A stretch of DNA of 64,000 bases from an uncultured Bacilli bacterium (GCA_947632085.1 CANRNY010000010.1:2488-66487); one strand, 5' to 3'; positions 28,636 to 38,972 are shown, counted from the first letter of the stretch. Made by a program: numbers and translations. Notes: generated by a model from the letters alone, not told the origin.

Positions 28636-29913
28636 TTAACTATATATATTATTAGATTTATGTATTTTTAAAATTTTATATGTTTTATCATATACCATTA
28701 CATAAATTTCATATTCGCCTGATTCTTTAGGTAAAGTATTATATTCATTAGTTGTTTTGTTATAAAAAGATACATAAGAATCAATATTAATTTTAATTTC
28801 ATTAGGTATTAATGATTTTAAGTTTTCATCCATATCTTTTCTAGCAATCCAATGATTATTATTTATAATAGATTTTTCTAATTCACTAACATCTTCTTTA
28901 TCATAGTAAGCATTAATAGTTGTACAATTAGTTTTATCTTTATCTGAGCAGCTATCTGAAGCAATTATTTCCAAAACACCATTATTTGGTAATTGAGCGT
29001 CGATTATACTTTTATATTCATTTAATTCACTATAATCTCGTAAAGTAGATGGTGTTAAGCATAATGCCCCTGCAGGCAATAATATGAATCCAACAATAAA
29101 TCCAGCTATAATATTTGAAGTACATTTAAATCCTAATTTACTATATTTAATTCCTAAGACTATTGATAATATAGGAATTGGTAACCAACACCAAAATATC
29201 CAAGTATTTTTTAAAATATTTAGTCCATATTGAGGTATCTTTATGTTTATTAGAATAGAAGAAAATATAGCTCCAAATATACTACCCACAGTTAATAAGC
29301 ATAACAATAACATAAAGACTTCAATAAATTTAGGATTATAAACTTTTTTATTTTGCTCATTTTTTATTTCAGAATCAATGTTACTTTCTATATTATTAAT
29401 TTTTTTGCTTAGGAAATCTATTAATTTTGAATCACTTTTATTTTTTTGAATTATTATTACTGATTTTTCTTTTTTGGGCTTTAGATATAAGTATTCATTT
29501 GTTTCTACACATCTATCTATATCAGAGTAATTAATTTTATTTGTTAATTCTTTCTTTTTATAAGTGAAATAATCTTCATAAAATTCAAGATGGTTTTCTA
29601 AATCAATTTTGCCTTTTTTTTGTGATATTTTAAAATACTGTTCTGCATAATGTTCTAATCTAACATTATAAATTACCATTATATATATTTGATATATTAT
29701 GAGAAAAGAAACAGGTATTAGAATTCCTTTAAAAATCATAATAAGAAGAAAAAATAGAATAATGTTAACTATAGTTCCTGAATATACATATGTCCAGTAT
29801 ATATGTGGAAAATACTTAACCATTTGTTTATATGTATTAGAATCGATATTGCTTTCGTATGTATATAAACAATTTTCTTTTTTACTGTCCATATCTTTTA
29901 TTTTATTATTCAT
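28636..29913 (-). CDS. Polytopic membrane protein with a YcxB-like N-terminal domain and an extracytoplasmic C-terminal domain
   Basis: The ATG at 29913 lies 8 nt after AGAGG. Two TM segments are followed by FYEDYFTYKKK...IIIQKNK (YcxB-like pattern). More TM segments follow, and the C-terminus has SCSDKDKTNC. Confidence 0.55.
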   Translation of the reverse strand: MNNKIKDMDSKKENCLYTYESNIDSNTYKQMVKYFPHIYWTYVYSGTIVNIILFFLLIMIFKGILIPVSFLIIYQIYIMVIYNVRLEHYAEQYFKISQKKGKIDLENHLEFYEDYFTYKKKELTNKINYSDIDRCVETNEYLYLKPKKEKSVIIIQKNKSDSKLIDFLSKKINNIESNIDSEIKNEQNKKVYNPKFIEVFMLLLCLLTVGSIFGAIFSSILINIKIPQYGLNILKNTWIFWCWLPIPILSIVLGIKYSKLGFKCTSNIIAGFIVGFILLPAGALCLTPSTLRDYSELNEYKSIIDAQLPNNGVLEIIASDSCSDKDKTNCTTINAYYDKEDVSELEKSIINNNHWIARKDMDENLKSLIPNEIKINIDSYVSFYNKTTNEYNTLPKESGEYEIYVMVYDKTYKILKIHKSNNIYS

Positions 29914-30143
29914 TAAATACACCTCTTAAATAGCTAATACCTATTACTATTCATCTCCAATTAGATATTTATACTTATAATTATACTACTTTCTTTAGGT
30001 ATTTACTTTATAATTTATTTTTATATTTTATTTATTAAAATTACCAATACTATTTATATAAGATTTATTGTTTTAAGTAGTAAAGAGTGTTAGAATACTT
30101 TTTAGAAAAGGACGTATTATATTTAAGTAATGGAGGTGGAATA

Positions 30144-32099
30144 ATGTTTAAATTAGTATCAAAATATAAACCAAGTGGTGATCAACCTAAGGCGATTGAT
30201 GAGTTAGTTAAAGGTATCAACGAAGGCAAGAAAGAGCAGGTTTTACTTGGTGCAACTGGTACTGGTAAAACTTTTACGATTGCTAATGTAATTGCAAAAG
30301 TTAATAAACCTACTTTAGTTTTGGCTCATAATAAGACCTTAGCTGGTCAACTTTATGCAGAGTTTAAAGAGTTGTTTCCTGAGAACCATGTTGAGTACTT
30401 TGTATCTTATTATGATTACTATCAACCAGAAGCTTATGTACCACAAAGTGATACTTATATAGAAAAAGATGCCTCTATAAATGATGAAATAGATGAACTA
30501 AGACATGGTGCTACTAGTGCTTTAATTAATAATCGTGATGTTATAGTAGTAGCTTCAGTATCTTGTATATATGGTATTGGGGAAAAAGAAGAATATGAAA
30601 AAATGATGCTTACTTTAAATGTTGGAGATACCATAAAAAGAAATGATATTATAAATAAATTAATAGATATGACTTATGAAAGAAGTGATTTAGACTTTCA
30701 TAGAGGGACTTTTAGAGTTAGAGGAGATTCAATAGATATTATTCCTGTTAATGAAAGATCTCATGGAATAAGAATAGAATTATTTGGAGATGAAGTTGAT
30801 CGTATTACAACATTTGATCCTTTAACAGGAGTGATTGTAGCTAATAAAAAAACAATTAGTATATTCCCGGCTTCACACTTTGTAACGGGACCAGAAAAAA
30901 TGCAAGAAGCAATAAGACGTATTGAAGCTGAACTTAAAGATAGATTAGAAGTACTACATAACAATAACAAATTAATTGAAGAACAAAGATTAAAAGAAAG
31001 AACTAATTATGATTTAGAAATGCTTAAAGAAACGGGATTTTGTAGTGGAGTTGAAAACTATTCAAGACATTTAGCGTTAAGAGGCGAAGGCGAAACACCA
31101 TCTTGTTTAATTGATTTCTTTCCTGATGACTTTTTATTAGTTGTTGATGAATCACATGTTACATTACCACAGGTTAGAGGAATGTATAATGGAGACAGGA
31201 TGCGTAAACAAACATTAGTTGATTATGGATTTAGATTACCTAGTGCTTTAGATAATCGTCCATTAAAATATGATGAATTTGAAAGTAAAATAAATCAAGC
31301 AATATATATTTCAGCTACACCTGGTGATTATGAACTAGAAAAGACAAATCAACAATATGTAGAACAAATAATAAGACCTACAGGATTACTAGATCCAACA
31401 ATTGAAGTAAAACCTACTGAAGGACAAATAGATGATATTATTGAACAGATAAATATTAGAAAAGAAAAGAATGAAAGAGTCTTAATTACAACATTAACAA
31501 TTAGAATGGCAGAAGAACTAACAAACTACTTAAAAGATGTAGGTATTAAAGTAGCTTATCTGCATAATGAAGTAAAAACCTTAGAAAGACTTAAGATTAT
31601 TCAAGAGTTAAGAATGGGTAAATACGATGTTGTTGTAGGTATTAACTTACTTAGAGAAGGTATTGATATACCAGAAGTTAGCTTAATATGTATTATGGAT
31701 GCTGATAAACAAGGATTCTTAAGAAGTAGTCGTAGTTTAATTCAAACAATTGGTAGATGTGCTAGAAATGAAAATGGCCATGTAATTATGTATGGTGATA
31801 TTATTAGTGAAGCGATGGAAGAATCTATTACAGAAACTGCACGTCGTCGTAAGATACAAGAAGAATATAATAAAGAACATGGTATTGTACCAAAGACAAT
31901 TATTAAAGAAATAAGAGAAGTAGTTAGTAATGTGGTTGAAGATACTAAGAGTACGAAAGATAAACCTAAGATGAGTAAGAAAGATAAAGAAGCATTACTA
32001 ATTAAGATAGAAGAAGAAATGAAAGAAGCTGCTAAACAATTAGACTTTGAAAGAGCTATGGAATTAAGAGATATCTTATTTGAAATGAAGAGTGAATAA
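30144..32099 (+). CDS. uvrB: Excinuclease ABC subunit B
   Basis: [20 protein letters not shown], Walker [13 protein letters not shown] box and a C-terminal UVR motif ([15 protein letters not shown]). The start was set to the ATG at 30144, after GGAGGTGG. Confidence 0.97.
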   Translation: MFKLVSKYKPSGDQPKAIDELVKGINEGKKEQVLLGATGTGKTFTIANVIAKVNKPTLVLAHNKTLAGQLYAEFKELFPENHVEYFVSYYDYYQPEAYVPQSDTYIEKDASINDEIDELRHGATSALINNRDVIVVASVSCIYGIGEKEEYEKMMLTLNVGDTIKRNDIINKLIDMTYERSDLDFHRGTFRVRGDSIDIIPVNERSHGIRIELFGDEVDRITTFDPLTGVIVANKKTISIFPASHFVTGPEKMQEAIRRIEAELKDRLEVLHNNNKLIEEQRLKERTNYDLEMLKETGFCSGVENYSRHLALRGEGETPSCLIDFFPDDFLLVVDESHVTLPQVRGMYNGDRMRKQTLVDYGFRLPSALDNRPLKYDEFESKINQAIYISATPGDYELEKTNQQYVEQIIRPTGLLDPTIEVKPTEGQIDDIIEQINIRKEKNERVLITTLTIRMAEELTNYLKDVGIKVAYLHNEVKTLERLKIIQELRMGKYDVVVGINLLREGIDIPEVSLICIMDADKQGFLRSSRSLIQTIGRCARNENGHVIMYGDIISEAMEESITETARRRKIQEEYNKEHGIVPKTIIKEIREVVSNVVEDTKSTKDKPKMSKKDKEALLIKIEEEMKEAAKQLDFERAMELRDILFEMKSE

Positions 32100-32103
32100 A
32101 AAT

Positions 32104-32127
32104 CCACTAGTTCAACTAGTGGTTTTT
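32104..32127 (+). terminator. uvrB rho-independent terminator
   Basis: CCACTAGT, loop TCA, ACTAGTGG, followed by TTTTT. Confidence 0.85.
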
Positions 32128-32202
32128 ATGTAGCCCTGTAAGGGCATACTACTGGCTGACTCCACATGGAGTCTTTTTTAGTCGGCCAACTGCCTTCTAT
32201 AC

Positions 32203-32682
32203 CTACACACCCTTAAAAGGGTCTTGATATTCTTTTATATTCCTTTCATCTGATATTTTATCTTCTATTTCTTGATTCTTTATATAATTTTTTATTGTCT
32301 GCTTGTTTAATCCTACAGTACTTACATAGTATCCTTTTGCCCAAAATGTTCTTTGACCATACTTATATTTCAAATTCGAATGATTATCAAATATCATCAA
32401 AGCACTCTTACCTTTTAGAAATCCCATAAATTGTGATATACTCAATGTGGGCGGAATTTTTACAAGCATATGTATATGATCTATACATGCATTTGCTTCT
32501 ATTATTTCCACTTCTTTATAATCACATAAACGTCTTAAGTAAGTACCTATATCTCGTCGCAGCTTACCATATATACTTTTTCTTCGATATTTTGGTATAA
32601 AAACTATATGATACATACAATTCCATTTGGTATGAGATAAGCTGCTCTCATCTGCTTCTCTACCTGTTTTTAGTTTTTTCAT
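32203..32682 (-). CDS. tnpA: IS200/IS605-family Y1 transposase TnpA
   Basis: 159 aa. Contains HIVFIPKYRRK, the HUH motif (DHIHMLV) and YVSTVG with the catalytic Tyr region. Confidence 0.92.
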   Translation of the reverse strand: MKKLKTGREADESSLSHTKWNCMYHIVFIPKYRRKSIYGKLRRDIGTYLRRLCDYKEVEIIEANACIDHIHMLVKIPPTLSISQFMGFLKGKSALMIFDNHSNLKYKYGQRTFWAKGYYVSTVGLNKQTIKNYIKNQEIEDKISDERNIKEYQDPFKGV

Positions 32683-32746
32683 TTAATCCTCCTCTTGATT
32701 GAATTTGGTTGACCGACCATCTTCATTATATCAAAAGGAGGATTAA
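32683..32746 (-). promoter_or_regulatory. 5' UTR stem-loop occluding the tnpA Shine-Dalgarno sequence
   Basis: Perfect 11-bp inverted repeat TTAATCCTCCT (32746-32736 on the mRNA) and AGGAGGATTAA (32693-32683), with 42 nt between the arms. The 3' arm is the SD sequence directly before the ATG at 32682. Confidence 0.65.
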
Positions 32747-32831
32747 ATGATTACTGCAACGCTACTGCTTTTATATTCATACCGGCATAGCCGGTAGTTT
32801 TTTGTTTGACCTTAATGGTCAAACATAAATA

Positions 32832-32859
32832 AAAAGAGTTACAAATTAATGTAACCCTT
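32832..32859 (-). terminator. Rho-independent terminator of the glycosylase gene
   Basis: GGGTTACA, 6-nt loop, TGTAACTC, followed by TTTTT on the minus strand, directly after the stop at 32861. Confidence 0.7.
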
Positions 32860-32860
32860 T

Positions 32861-33352
32861 TTAATTGTTAATAATTTCTTTAATTATTTTATAGTATGTT
32901 GATAACTCAGTAGTTGTAAACTTACAATTAGCTGGTGATGGACTTGGTAGTAATATAGCTTTAATATTAGTTTTAGGATAACAATATTTATTATATAGTT
33001 CATAAGCTTTTTTCCCAGTAGTAAATATTGTAGTAATATTTGAATTATTTAAAATATCAGTAAAATCGTTAGGGATAGGATTTTTTATTGAACTATCACT
33101 TGATGCTGAAATATCACAGCTTTTTAAGACATCATATAAAGCGATATGATGGTTAAGTAAAAACTCTTTTTTAGCTTCGTTAGTATCTTTTATTTCTTCA
33201 TTAAAAATTATAGATAATACTTGCCAAAATCTATTTTGGGGATGACCATAATAAAAAGATACTTCACGTGATTTTGAAGATGGCATTGTACCTAATATAA
33301 GGACTTTAGATTCACTATCATAAATAGGATTTAAAGGATGAATTACATGCAT
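32861..33352 (-). CDS. UDG-superfamily DNA glycosylase (DNA-deoxyinosine/hypoxanthine glycosylase-like)
   Basis: KVLILGTMPSSKSREVSFYYGHPQNRFWQVL matches the hypoxanthine-DNA glycosylase family pattern. 163 aa. Confidence 0.72.
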   Translation of the reverse strand: MHVIHPLNPIYDSESKVLILGTMPSSKSREVSFYYGHPQNRFWQVLSIIFNEEIKDTNEAKKEFLLNHHIALYDVLKSCDISASSDSSIKNPIPNDFTDILNNSNITTIFTTGKKAYELYNKYCYPKTNIKAILLPSPSPANCKFTTTELSTYYKIIKEIINN

Positions 33353-34578
33353 TATCTTTTTATTAACCTCTTAATCTTTCTTAAAGTATGATAAATCTTA
33401 TCTTGAAAACTTAAACTTAATTCAAATGAACCTACTAGTTCTAAAACATAGCCACCAAAACCTTTTTTAAATTCATATACACCATAATCTTTACCATTTT
33501 TATCAAAAACATCTTTAATACCATAGAAATTATATCGTTTATAATTATGTTCTGCAGCATATTTAATTATTTCCCATTGTAGGCGATATTGACCACAGAA
33601 ACTCATATATTCAGCATATGAACCACTAAATAGATATACTATTTCATCACCATATAACATAAACATAGCAGCTGATAAAGGTATAATATTACCTTTTTCT
33701 TTTTTAAGTTTTTTAGTTTCTTCTATTTTCTTTAGATTAGCTTCTAAATTTTTTTTCATCTCTTCTTTTTTCTTTTTATTAGATGAAGCATCAGATAAGT
33801 TAGCTATTTTATCTTCAAATACTTTATTTTCTTCTTCTAAGACATTTATATAAGTATCACAGTTTAATTCACATATTTTGAAGGTTGTATTATCTTTAAA
33901 GCAATCATACATTTCTTCATAGTATTTAAGTGTTTTATCAGCGAATTCTCTTCTTTCACAAGTATCACTTGTTACTTGTTTAAATTCATTTAATTCTTCT
34001 CTTTTTAGTGTTTTAATATTTAGTTTATATTTAGATATTGTACGATTGATATAGTTTCTAGTATTACTTTTAAATTCTTTAAATAATTCATCTGGTGTTT
34101 TACCATCAATATCTAGGCAATAGCACCATTTTACTTGAGCACCATAAGGATTTTCTTTATAACCAAGTGATTTTAGGTTGTTAACAATTTCACGGTTATC
34201 AACACCTTCAACGATGTTAGCATCAGCATCACGAGAAACATTTGGAATGTATGGATCGATTATTAATCTTAAGGCATTTTTTTCCTTTAGGAAAGCACTT
34301 ACTTGTTCAGTCATATATTTTACTAATTCAGGATTATTATAATCAAGAATGAAGCCTTTATAAGCTTCATAAGTCTTTTTCCCCATAAAACTATGACCAG
34401 TTTCAGCGATAAGAGAAGCTGCTATTACTTGATTATCTTTTTTTACTCCAACTAGATAAACTTTTAAACCATCTTTTTCTATTTTTTCTTTCATCATCGT
34501 AGTTTGAAAAAAATTCTTTTCAGGACGAGAATTAACAAAAGACATAAATTCTATATCATTAAGTTCACCAAATTTCAT
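33352..34578 (-). CDS. FemAB-family peptidoglycan interpeptide-bridge aminoacyltransferase
   Basis: 408 aa with a central coiled-coil insertion and the C-terminal FYGI...GVYEFKKGFGG motif typical of FemABX/MurM. Confidence 0.85.
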   Translation of the reverse strand: MKFGELNDIEFMSFVNSRPEKNFFQTTMMKEKIEKDGLKVYLVGVKKDNQVIAASLIAETGHSFMGKKTYEAYKGFILDYNNPELVKYMTEQVSAFLKEKNALRLIIDPYIPNVSRDADANIVEGVDNREIVNNLKSLGYKENPYGAQVKWCYCLDIDGKTPDELFKEFKSNTRNYINRTISKYKLNIKTLKREELNEFKQVTSDTCERREFADKTLKYYEEMYDCFKDNTTFKICELNCDTYINVLEEENKVFEDKIANLSDASSNKKKKEEMKKNLEANLKKIEETKKLKKEKGNIIPLSAAMFMLYGDEIVYLFSGSYAEYMSFCGQYRLQWEIIKYAAEHNYKRYNFYGIKDVFDKNGKDYGVYEFKKGFGGYVLELVGSFELSLSFQDKIYHTLRKIKRLIKR

Positions 34579-34591
34579 ATAATCACCTGTT

Positions 34592-35833
34592 CTATTTTTT
34601 TATTGTACGATATATTTTTAAAAGAAATGGTAAAACAGCATACCAAAGAGGTTTATTAACTAAATCAAATTCGCCAATAAACTCAATAAAGTCATCACCA
34701 TATTTCTTTTTATAAGCATGAAGTCCACCTAAATTTTTATATTTAGTATTTGGATCACCTACAGTACCATATAAATCTAAAAAACGATATTTATGTTCAA
34801 AACAATATTTTATTGTTTCATAGTATACACGATTAACGGCAAATAAATCTTCACCTAGTTTATTATTACCAATATACATTGTCCACATTTGATTATTAGC
34901 TATACCATTTATTAATGAACAAATTACCATATCACCTTTATTTTTATATGGTTCAAACATCGTAAGTTCTTTTTCTAAACGAGTCTTTTTATCTAAAGCA
35001 TCAGGTTTTTGTTTTTTAGTTATTAGGTTGTTTTTAAAATCATCATTGATTTTATCTAAGGCATCTTTTGTATCTTGATATAGTTTTTTACCATTAACTG
35101 TTACATCAAAGACTAAGATGTTATGATCTTTTTTACCATATTTGTATAGGGCTTTATAAAAATCATCTGAGTATTGAACGAAATCATCTTTAGCAGCATT
35201 AGATTTATTTAGTTCAAAGAAGTTATCAACATTACTATCAAAATTAATTTTTAGATTGTAAGAATAACTACGATGAACTGTTTGCATAAAGGTTTTAAAG
35301 ATACTCTTTTCTATTTCTTCCATACTATTATATTTTTCAAAGTATCTTCTAAAAGTATATCTAGGTTCATTGTTTTCATATAGTTTTACAAAACCTTTAT
35401 GTTTATATCCTAAACTAATTAGATTATTAAATATATCAATATTATTTTTACCATCTGGTACTCTATTACCATCTTTATCTATTTCTTGATACATTATTTC
35501 AGGATTTATTTTAACGTAGATACCATTAGTTCTTTTTAAATATTTCTTTATTTCTTCAGTAAATGTTTTAAGTAAGCTAGTATCTTTAAAATCAATTAAG
35601 TAACCACGTGAACAATAGTAGTAGCATAAACCAAGTGGCATTTGTTTTTTTAATAGTAAAGCTGCTGCTACTAGTTCATCTTTTTCATTTTTTAAACCAA
35701 CATAACAAGGTATTTTACCTCTTGTTTCTTTTATTGCTTCTCCCCAAGCATAAGATTGTAAAAAATGACTATATGGGAATTTGTTAAAAAATGCTATATA
35801 TTCGTCTTTTGATAAGTTGTCGACAAATTTCAT
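34592..35833 (-). CDS. FemAB-family peptidoglycan interpeptide-bridge aminoacyltransferase (paralog)
   Basis: SHFLQSYAWGE...RGY...GLHAYKKKYG are FemAB hallmarks. The start was set to the ATG at 35833, after AAGGAA. Confidence 0.85.
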   Translation of the reverse strand: MKFVDNLSKDEYIAFFNKFPYSHFLQSYAWGEAIKETRGKIPCYVGLKNEKDELVAAALLLKKQMPLGLCYYYCSRGYLIDFKDTSLLKTFTEEIKKYLKRTNGIYVKINPEIMYQEIDKDGNRVPDGKNNIDIFNNLISLGYKHKGFVKLYENNEPRYTFRRYFEKYNSMEEIEKSIFKTFMQTVHRSYSYNLKINFDSNVDNFFELNKSNAAKDDFVQYSDDFYKALYKYGKKDHNILVFDVTVNGKKLYQDTKDALDKINDDFKNNLITKKQKPDALDKKTRLEKELTMFEPYKNKGDMVICSLINGIANNQMWTMYIGNNKLGEDLFAVNRVYYETIKYCFEHKYRFLDLYGTVGDPNTKYKNLGGLHAYKKKYGDDFIEFIGEFDLVNKPLWYAVLPFLLKIYRTIKK

Positions 35834-35858
35834 AAGATCATTCCTTTCGTTGTATATA

Positions 35859-36821
35859 TTATAAATCAAAATATTGTCTTGGTCCCATTAAAACAACATT
35901 ATCACTATCATCTAAGAACATTGACATATAGAATGATAGATTAGCATAATCACCATCTAATGTTTCATGTCCTTCAGCAGTTACACAAGTATTTTCATTA
36001 TCTTTACATGAGTAATCAATTTCTATTAAGTAACTATCAGCATATGTTTGACCTCTAAATTTGTATTTACCATGATTTTCTATTAATTCTATTTTAAATT
36101 TATATAAGTTATCTTCGTTAAGTAAGTTATTTTCTTTTAAGTAAGCTCTAACTTTAGGAATATATTGTTCTTTTATTTGATCATAGTAAACACCAGATCC
36201 TTTAAATGGTGTTACTTCATATATTTCATTAAATTTATTAAATCTAACATATAATTTTATATTTAGAGGATCATTGAATTCTTTAGTAGTTTTAAAGCAA
36301 TCTGAATTACCATTTTTACATGAAAATGATATTGTTGCAAAGTAGTCAGAACCACCTTCAGCATTATCTTCATCATATATTACATCTTCTATTTTAAAGT
36401 CTTGTAAGTTATTACGATTAAGGGTTTTATTATCAGCTGAATAATCAACTAGTTTTTCATATAAGACATTACTAAATTTCTTTTCATCAAAGGCTTCACA
36501 GGTTTTATATAAAACAGATCCAACATATCTTTGACCATTATTACAATATAATACTTTATATCCTAGGCCACTAAATAGGGTTCCTCTTTCAACTTTTTTA
36601 CTAGTTGCAAAGATTGGTTTTCCTCCAAGTTTAGTAACACGTAAAAAGTCACCAACAACAAAACTTAAGCAAGCTAATACAATTAGAGCAAAGATGGTAA
36701 TATTACGATGTTTTATTCTTAAACGATTATATTCTTCTTGAACTGCTTCTTTGTTATTAATATCTATGCCATAAAAATAGTTTGGCGTTCTTTCTTCTTT
36801 CTTTTTATTAATTATATTCAT
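35859..36821 (-). CDS. Hypothetical membrane-anchored protein with two Cys-x6-Cys modules
   Basis: The ATG at 36821 lies 7 nt after AGAGG. TM segment ITIFALIVLACLSFVVG. Contains SFSCKNGNSDC and DYSCKDNENTC. Confidence 0.6.
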   Translation of the reverse strand: MNIINKKKEERTPNYFYGIDINNKEAVQEEYNRLRIKHRNITIFALIVLACLSFVVGDFLRVTKLGGKPIFATSKKVERGTLFSGLGYKVLYCNNGQRYVGSVLYKTCEAFDEKKFSNVLYEKLVDYSADNKTLNRNNLQDFKIEDVIYDEDNAEGGSDYFATISFSCKNGNSDCFKTTKEFNDPLNIKLYVRFNKFNEIYEVTPFKGSGVYYDQIKEQYIPKVRAYLKENNLLNEDNLYKFKIELIENHGKYKFRGQTYADSYLIEIDYSCKDNENTCVTAEGHETLDGDYANLSFYMSMFLDDSDNVVLMGPRQYFDL

Positions 36822-36911
36822 ACTAGCACCTCTTACTATTTTAATTATATCATTTATATATATCATTTAAAGAAAAAAGATAAATATACGTATATTTATC
36901 TTTACAATTTT

Positions 36912-37586
36912 TTATCTGCGATCGTTATAAACATTTAGTAATCTGATTAAATCTAGTAATGCTGATAGGACTGAAGCAACGTATGTCATAGCTGCTGCTG
37001 TTAAGACTTTTTTAGTACCATCATGTTCTTCATCAGTAACTAATTTATATTTTTTTAAGAGAGTTAAGGCTCTGCTACTAGCATTAAATTCAACTGGTAA
37101 AGTTATTATTTGAAAGATTAAACCAAGGAGAATAATGGCAATACCTAGTAATAATAAGTCCATAAGTTGAAGAAAGATACTTATTACTAATAGGATGTAA
37201 GCCATTGATGTACCAAAGTTAACGATTGGATAGATAGCAGATCTTATTCTCATCCAAGTATAACCTTCTTTATCTTGAATAGCGTGACCACATTCATGAG
37301 CTGCAACAGCAGCGGCGGCGATTGAATCACCATGAAAGATATCAGATGATAATCTAACAACTTTTTGTTTTGGATCGTAGTGATCTGTTAAATTTCCTTT
37401 TACTTCAACAATATACATACTATTAAGACCATTTTCATCTAGGATTTTACGAGCAACATCAAAACCACTTAAACTCTTAGAATTTTTTATTTTCTTATAT
37501 TTACTATAGCTAAGATTAATATTGATACTAGCTATTACGGGTATTATTAAAGCTAAGAGAAATAATATTGCATTACTATATTCCAT
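36912..37586 (-). CDS. Membrane zinc metallopeptidase (YugP / Zn_peptidase_2 family)
   Basis: HECGHAIQD (HExxH) in a 224-aa protein with N- and C-terminal TM segments. Confidence 0.85.
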   Translation of the reverse strand: MEYSNAILFLLALIIPVIASININLSYSKYKKIKNSKSLSGFDVARKILDENGLNSMYIVEVKGNLTDHYDPKQKVVRLSSDIFHGDSIAAAAVAAHECGHAIQDKEGYTWMRIRSAIYPIVNFGTSMAYILLVISIFLQLMDLLLLGIAIILLGLIFQIITLPVEFNASSRALTLLKKYKLVTDEEHDGTKKVLTAAAMTYVASVLSALLDLIRLLNVYNDRR

Positions 37587-37596
37587 TTAATCACCT

Positions 37597-38907
37597 CTAA
37601 ATAATATTTTTTTCAACTAATTCTGCTCTTAGTTTATCAGCGTTAGCAAAATCTTTATTTTGACGATATTCATTCCATTGATTATATAATTCAATATCTT
37701 CTTTTGATAAGACAGGTAAATCATATTTTAAGCCTAGGATATGATTTATTAGATTTATTTTATCGTATGGTGCACTAATATCACCATTATTTCTTATCGC
37801 ATTATTTAATTCTTTAATTAAATCTGTTAAATAGGTGATTAGATTTGGCGTATTAAAATCATAATCCATTATTTCATTAATTTTTTCATCTTTAGTTATA
37901 TTCCCTACTTTGATATTTTCTGTTTGAATTTTTAAATTTGCTTGTCTTAGAGCATCAGATATTTTTTTATCAATTATATTAGCTTCATTAAATAAGTCAT
38001 CAGTGAAGTTTAATGGTAGACGATAATGAGTTTTAAATAAAGCTATTTTAATGGCGTTAGCACTATGTTCTTTTATAAAGTCTTTAGCTAAGATGAAGTT
38101 ACCTAGTGATTTACTCATTTTTTCGCCATCTAAGTTAATATGACCATTATGCATCCAGTAATTAGCTAAATGATTATTATTTAAAGCCATACTTTGAGCT
38201 ATTTCATTTTCATGATGAGGGAATTTTAAATCTACTCCGCCACCATGGATATCTATTTTTTCGCCAAATAGACTATTAATCATAACAACACATTCAGTAT
38301 GCCAACCAGGTATACCTTTGCCCCATGGTGAATCAAATTGTTCACCTTCAGTTGTCTTACGCCATAAAGCAAAATCTAATGGGCTTTCTTTTTTCTCGTC
38401 TATTTCAACACGAGCACCTGAGATTAATTCATCTTTATCTTGATTAGATAATATACCATAATCTTTAATTTTATTTACGCGAAAATATACGTCACCATCT
38501 ACAACATATGCCATATCTTTTTCGATTAACTTAGTAATAAAATCAAAGATATGATCCATATGTTCTATTACACGAGGACGATAATCGATAGTGGAACAGT
38601 TATAAGACTCCAAGTCATTTAGGTATGCTTTGATAAATTTATCTGCCACTTCTCTTTCAGTAATACCTAATTCTTTTGCGGCTGATATTATTTTAGGATT
38701 TACATCAGTAAAATTAGATGCATATGTTACATCATAACCTAAATATTTGAAATAGTTATAAACCATATCAAAAGTCATAACAGGACGCATATTACCAATA
38801 TGAACATAGTTATAAACTGTAGGTCCACAGACATACATAGTAACCTTACCTTCATTAATTGGTATAAATTCTTCTACTTTGTCAGTTAAAGAATTATAAA
38901 TCTTCAT
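37597..38907 (-). CDS. cysS: Cysteine--tRNA ligase
   Basis: Class I HIGN (VHIGNMR) and KMSKS motifs, plus the WHTECV zinc site. The start was set to the ATG at 38907, after AGGTGG. Confidence 0.95.
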   Translation of the reverse strand: MKIYNSLTDKVEEFIPINEGKVTMYVCGPTVYNYVHIGNMRPVMTFDMVYNYFKYLGYDVTYASNFTDVNPKIISAAKELGITEREVADKFIKAYLNDLESYNCSTIDYRPRVIEHMDHIFDFITKLIEKDMAYVVDGDVYFRVNKIKDYGILSNQDKDELISGARVEIDEKKESPLDFALWRKTTEGEQFDSPWGKGIPGWHTECVVMINSLFGEKIDIHGGGVDLKFPHHENEIAQSMALNNNHLANYWMHNGHINLDGEKMSKSLGNFILAKDFIKEHSANAIKIALFKTHYRLPLNFTDDLFNEANIIDKKISDALRQANLKIQTENIKVGNITKDEKINEIMDYDFNTPNLITYLTDLIKELNNAIRNNGDISAPYDKINLINHILGLKYDLPVLSKEDIELYNQWNEYRQNKDFANADKLRAELVEKNII

Positions 38908-38972
38908 AACATTTCCACCTTCCATAAATATTTGTGCTTTTATTTTATCACATTTAATAAAAGAAAAAAATA

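Larger units (their letters stand above)
32128..32830 (-). mobile_element. IS200-type (IS200/IS605 family) insertion sequence. Boundaries are approximate.
   Basis: A single Y1-transposase gene is flanked by GC-rich subterminal hairpins: GCCCTgtaAGGGC and GACTCCacatGGAGTC on one side, TACCGGCataGCCGGTA and GTTTGACCttaatGGTCAAAC on the other. The element is wedged between the uvrB terminator and the glycosylase-gene terminator. Confidence 0.7.

Noticed and set aside
29923-30143. Search for a LexA/Cheo SOS box (CGAAC-N4-GTTCG) upstream of uvrB, and in 4626-4774 upstream of the uvrA operon
   Set aside because: I could not find a GAAC-N4-GTTC palindrome by eye. Only an isolated TTGTTCG half-site occurs near 4650. 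A matrix scan would be needed to exclude degenerate sites.
32100-32830. GC-rich hairpin patches (32128-32200 and 32775-32830), and 53220-53300, inspected as possible tRNA or small RNA genes
   Set aside because: No cloverleaf with T-loop (GTTCRA) or D-loop features was found. The first two fit IS200 subterminal hairpins and the third is the T-box core of the pheS leader.
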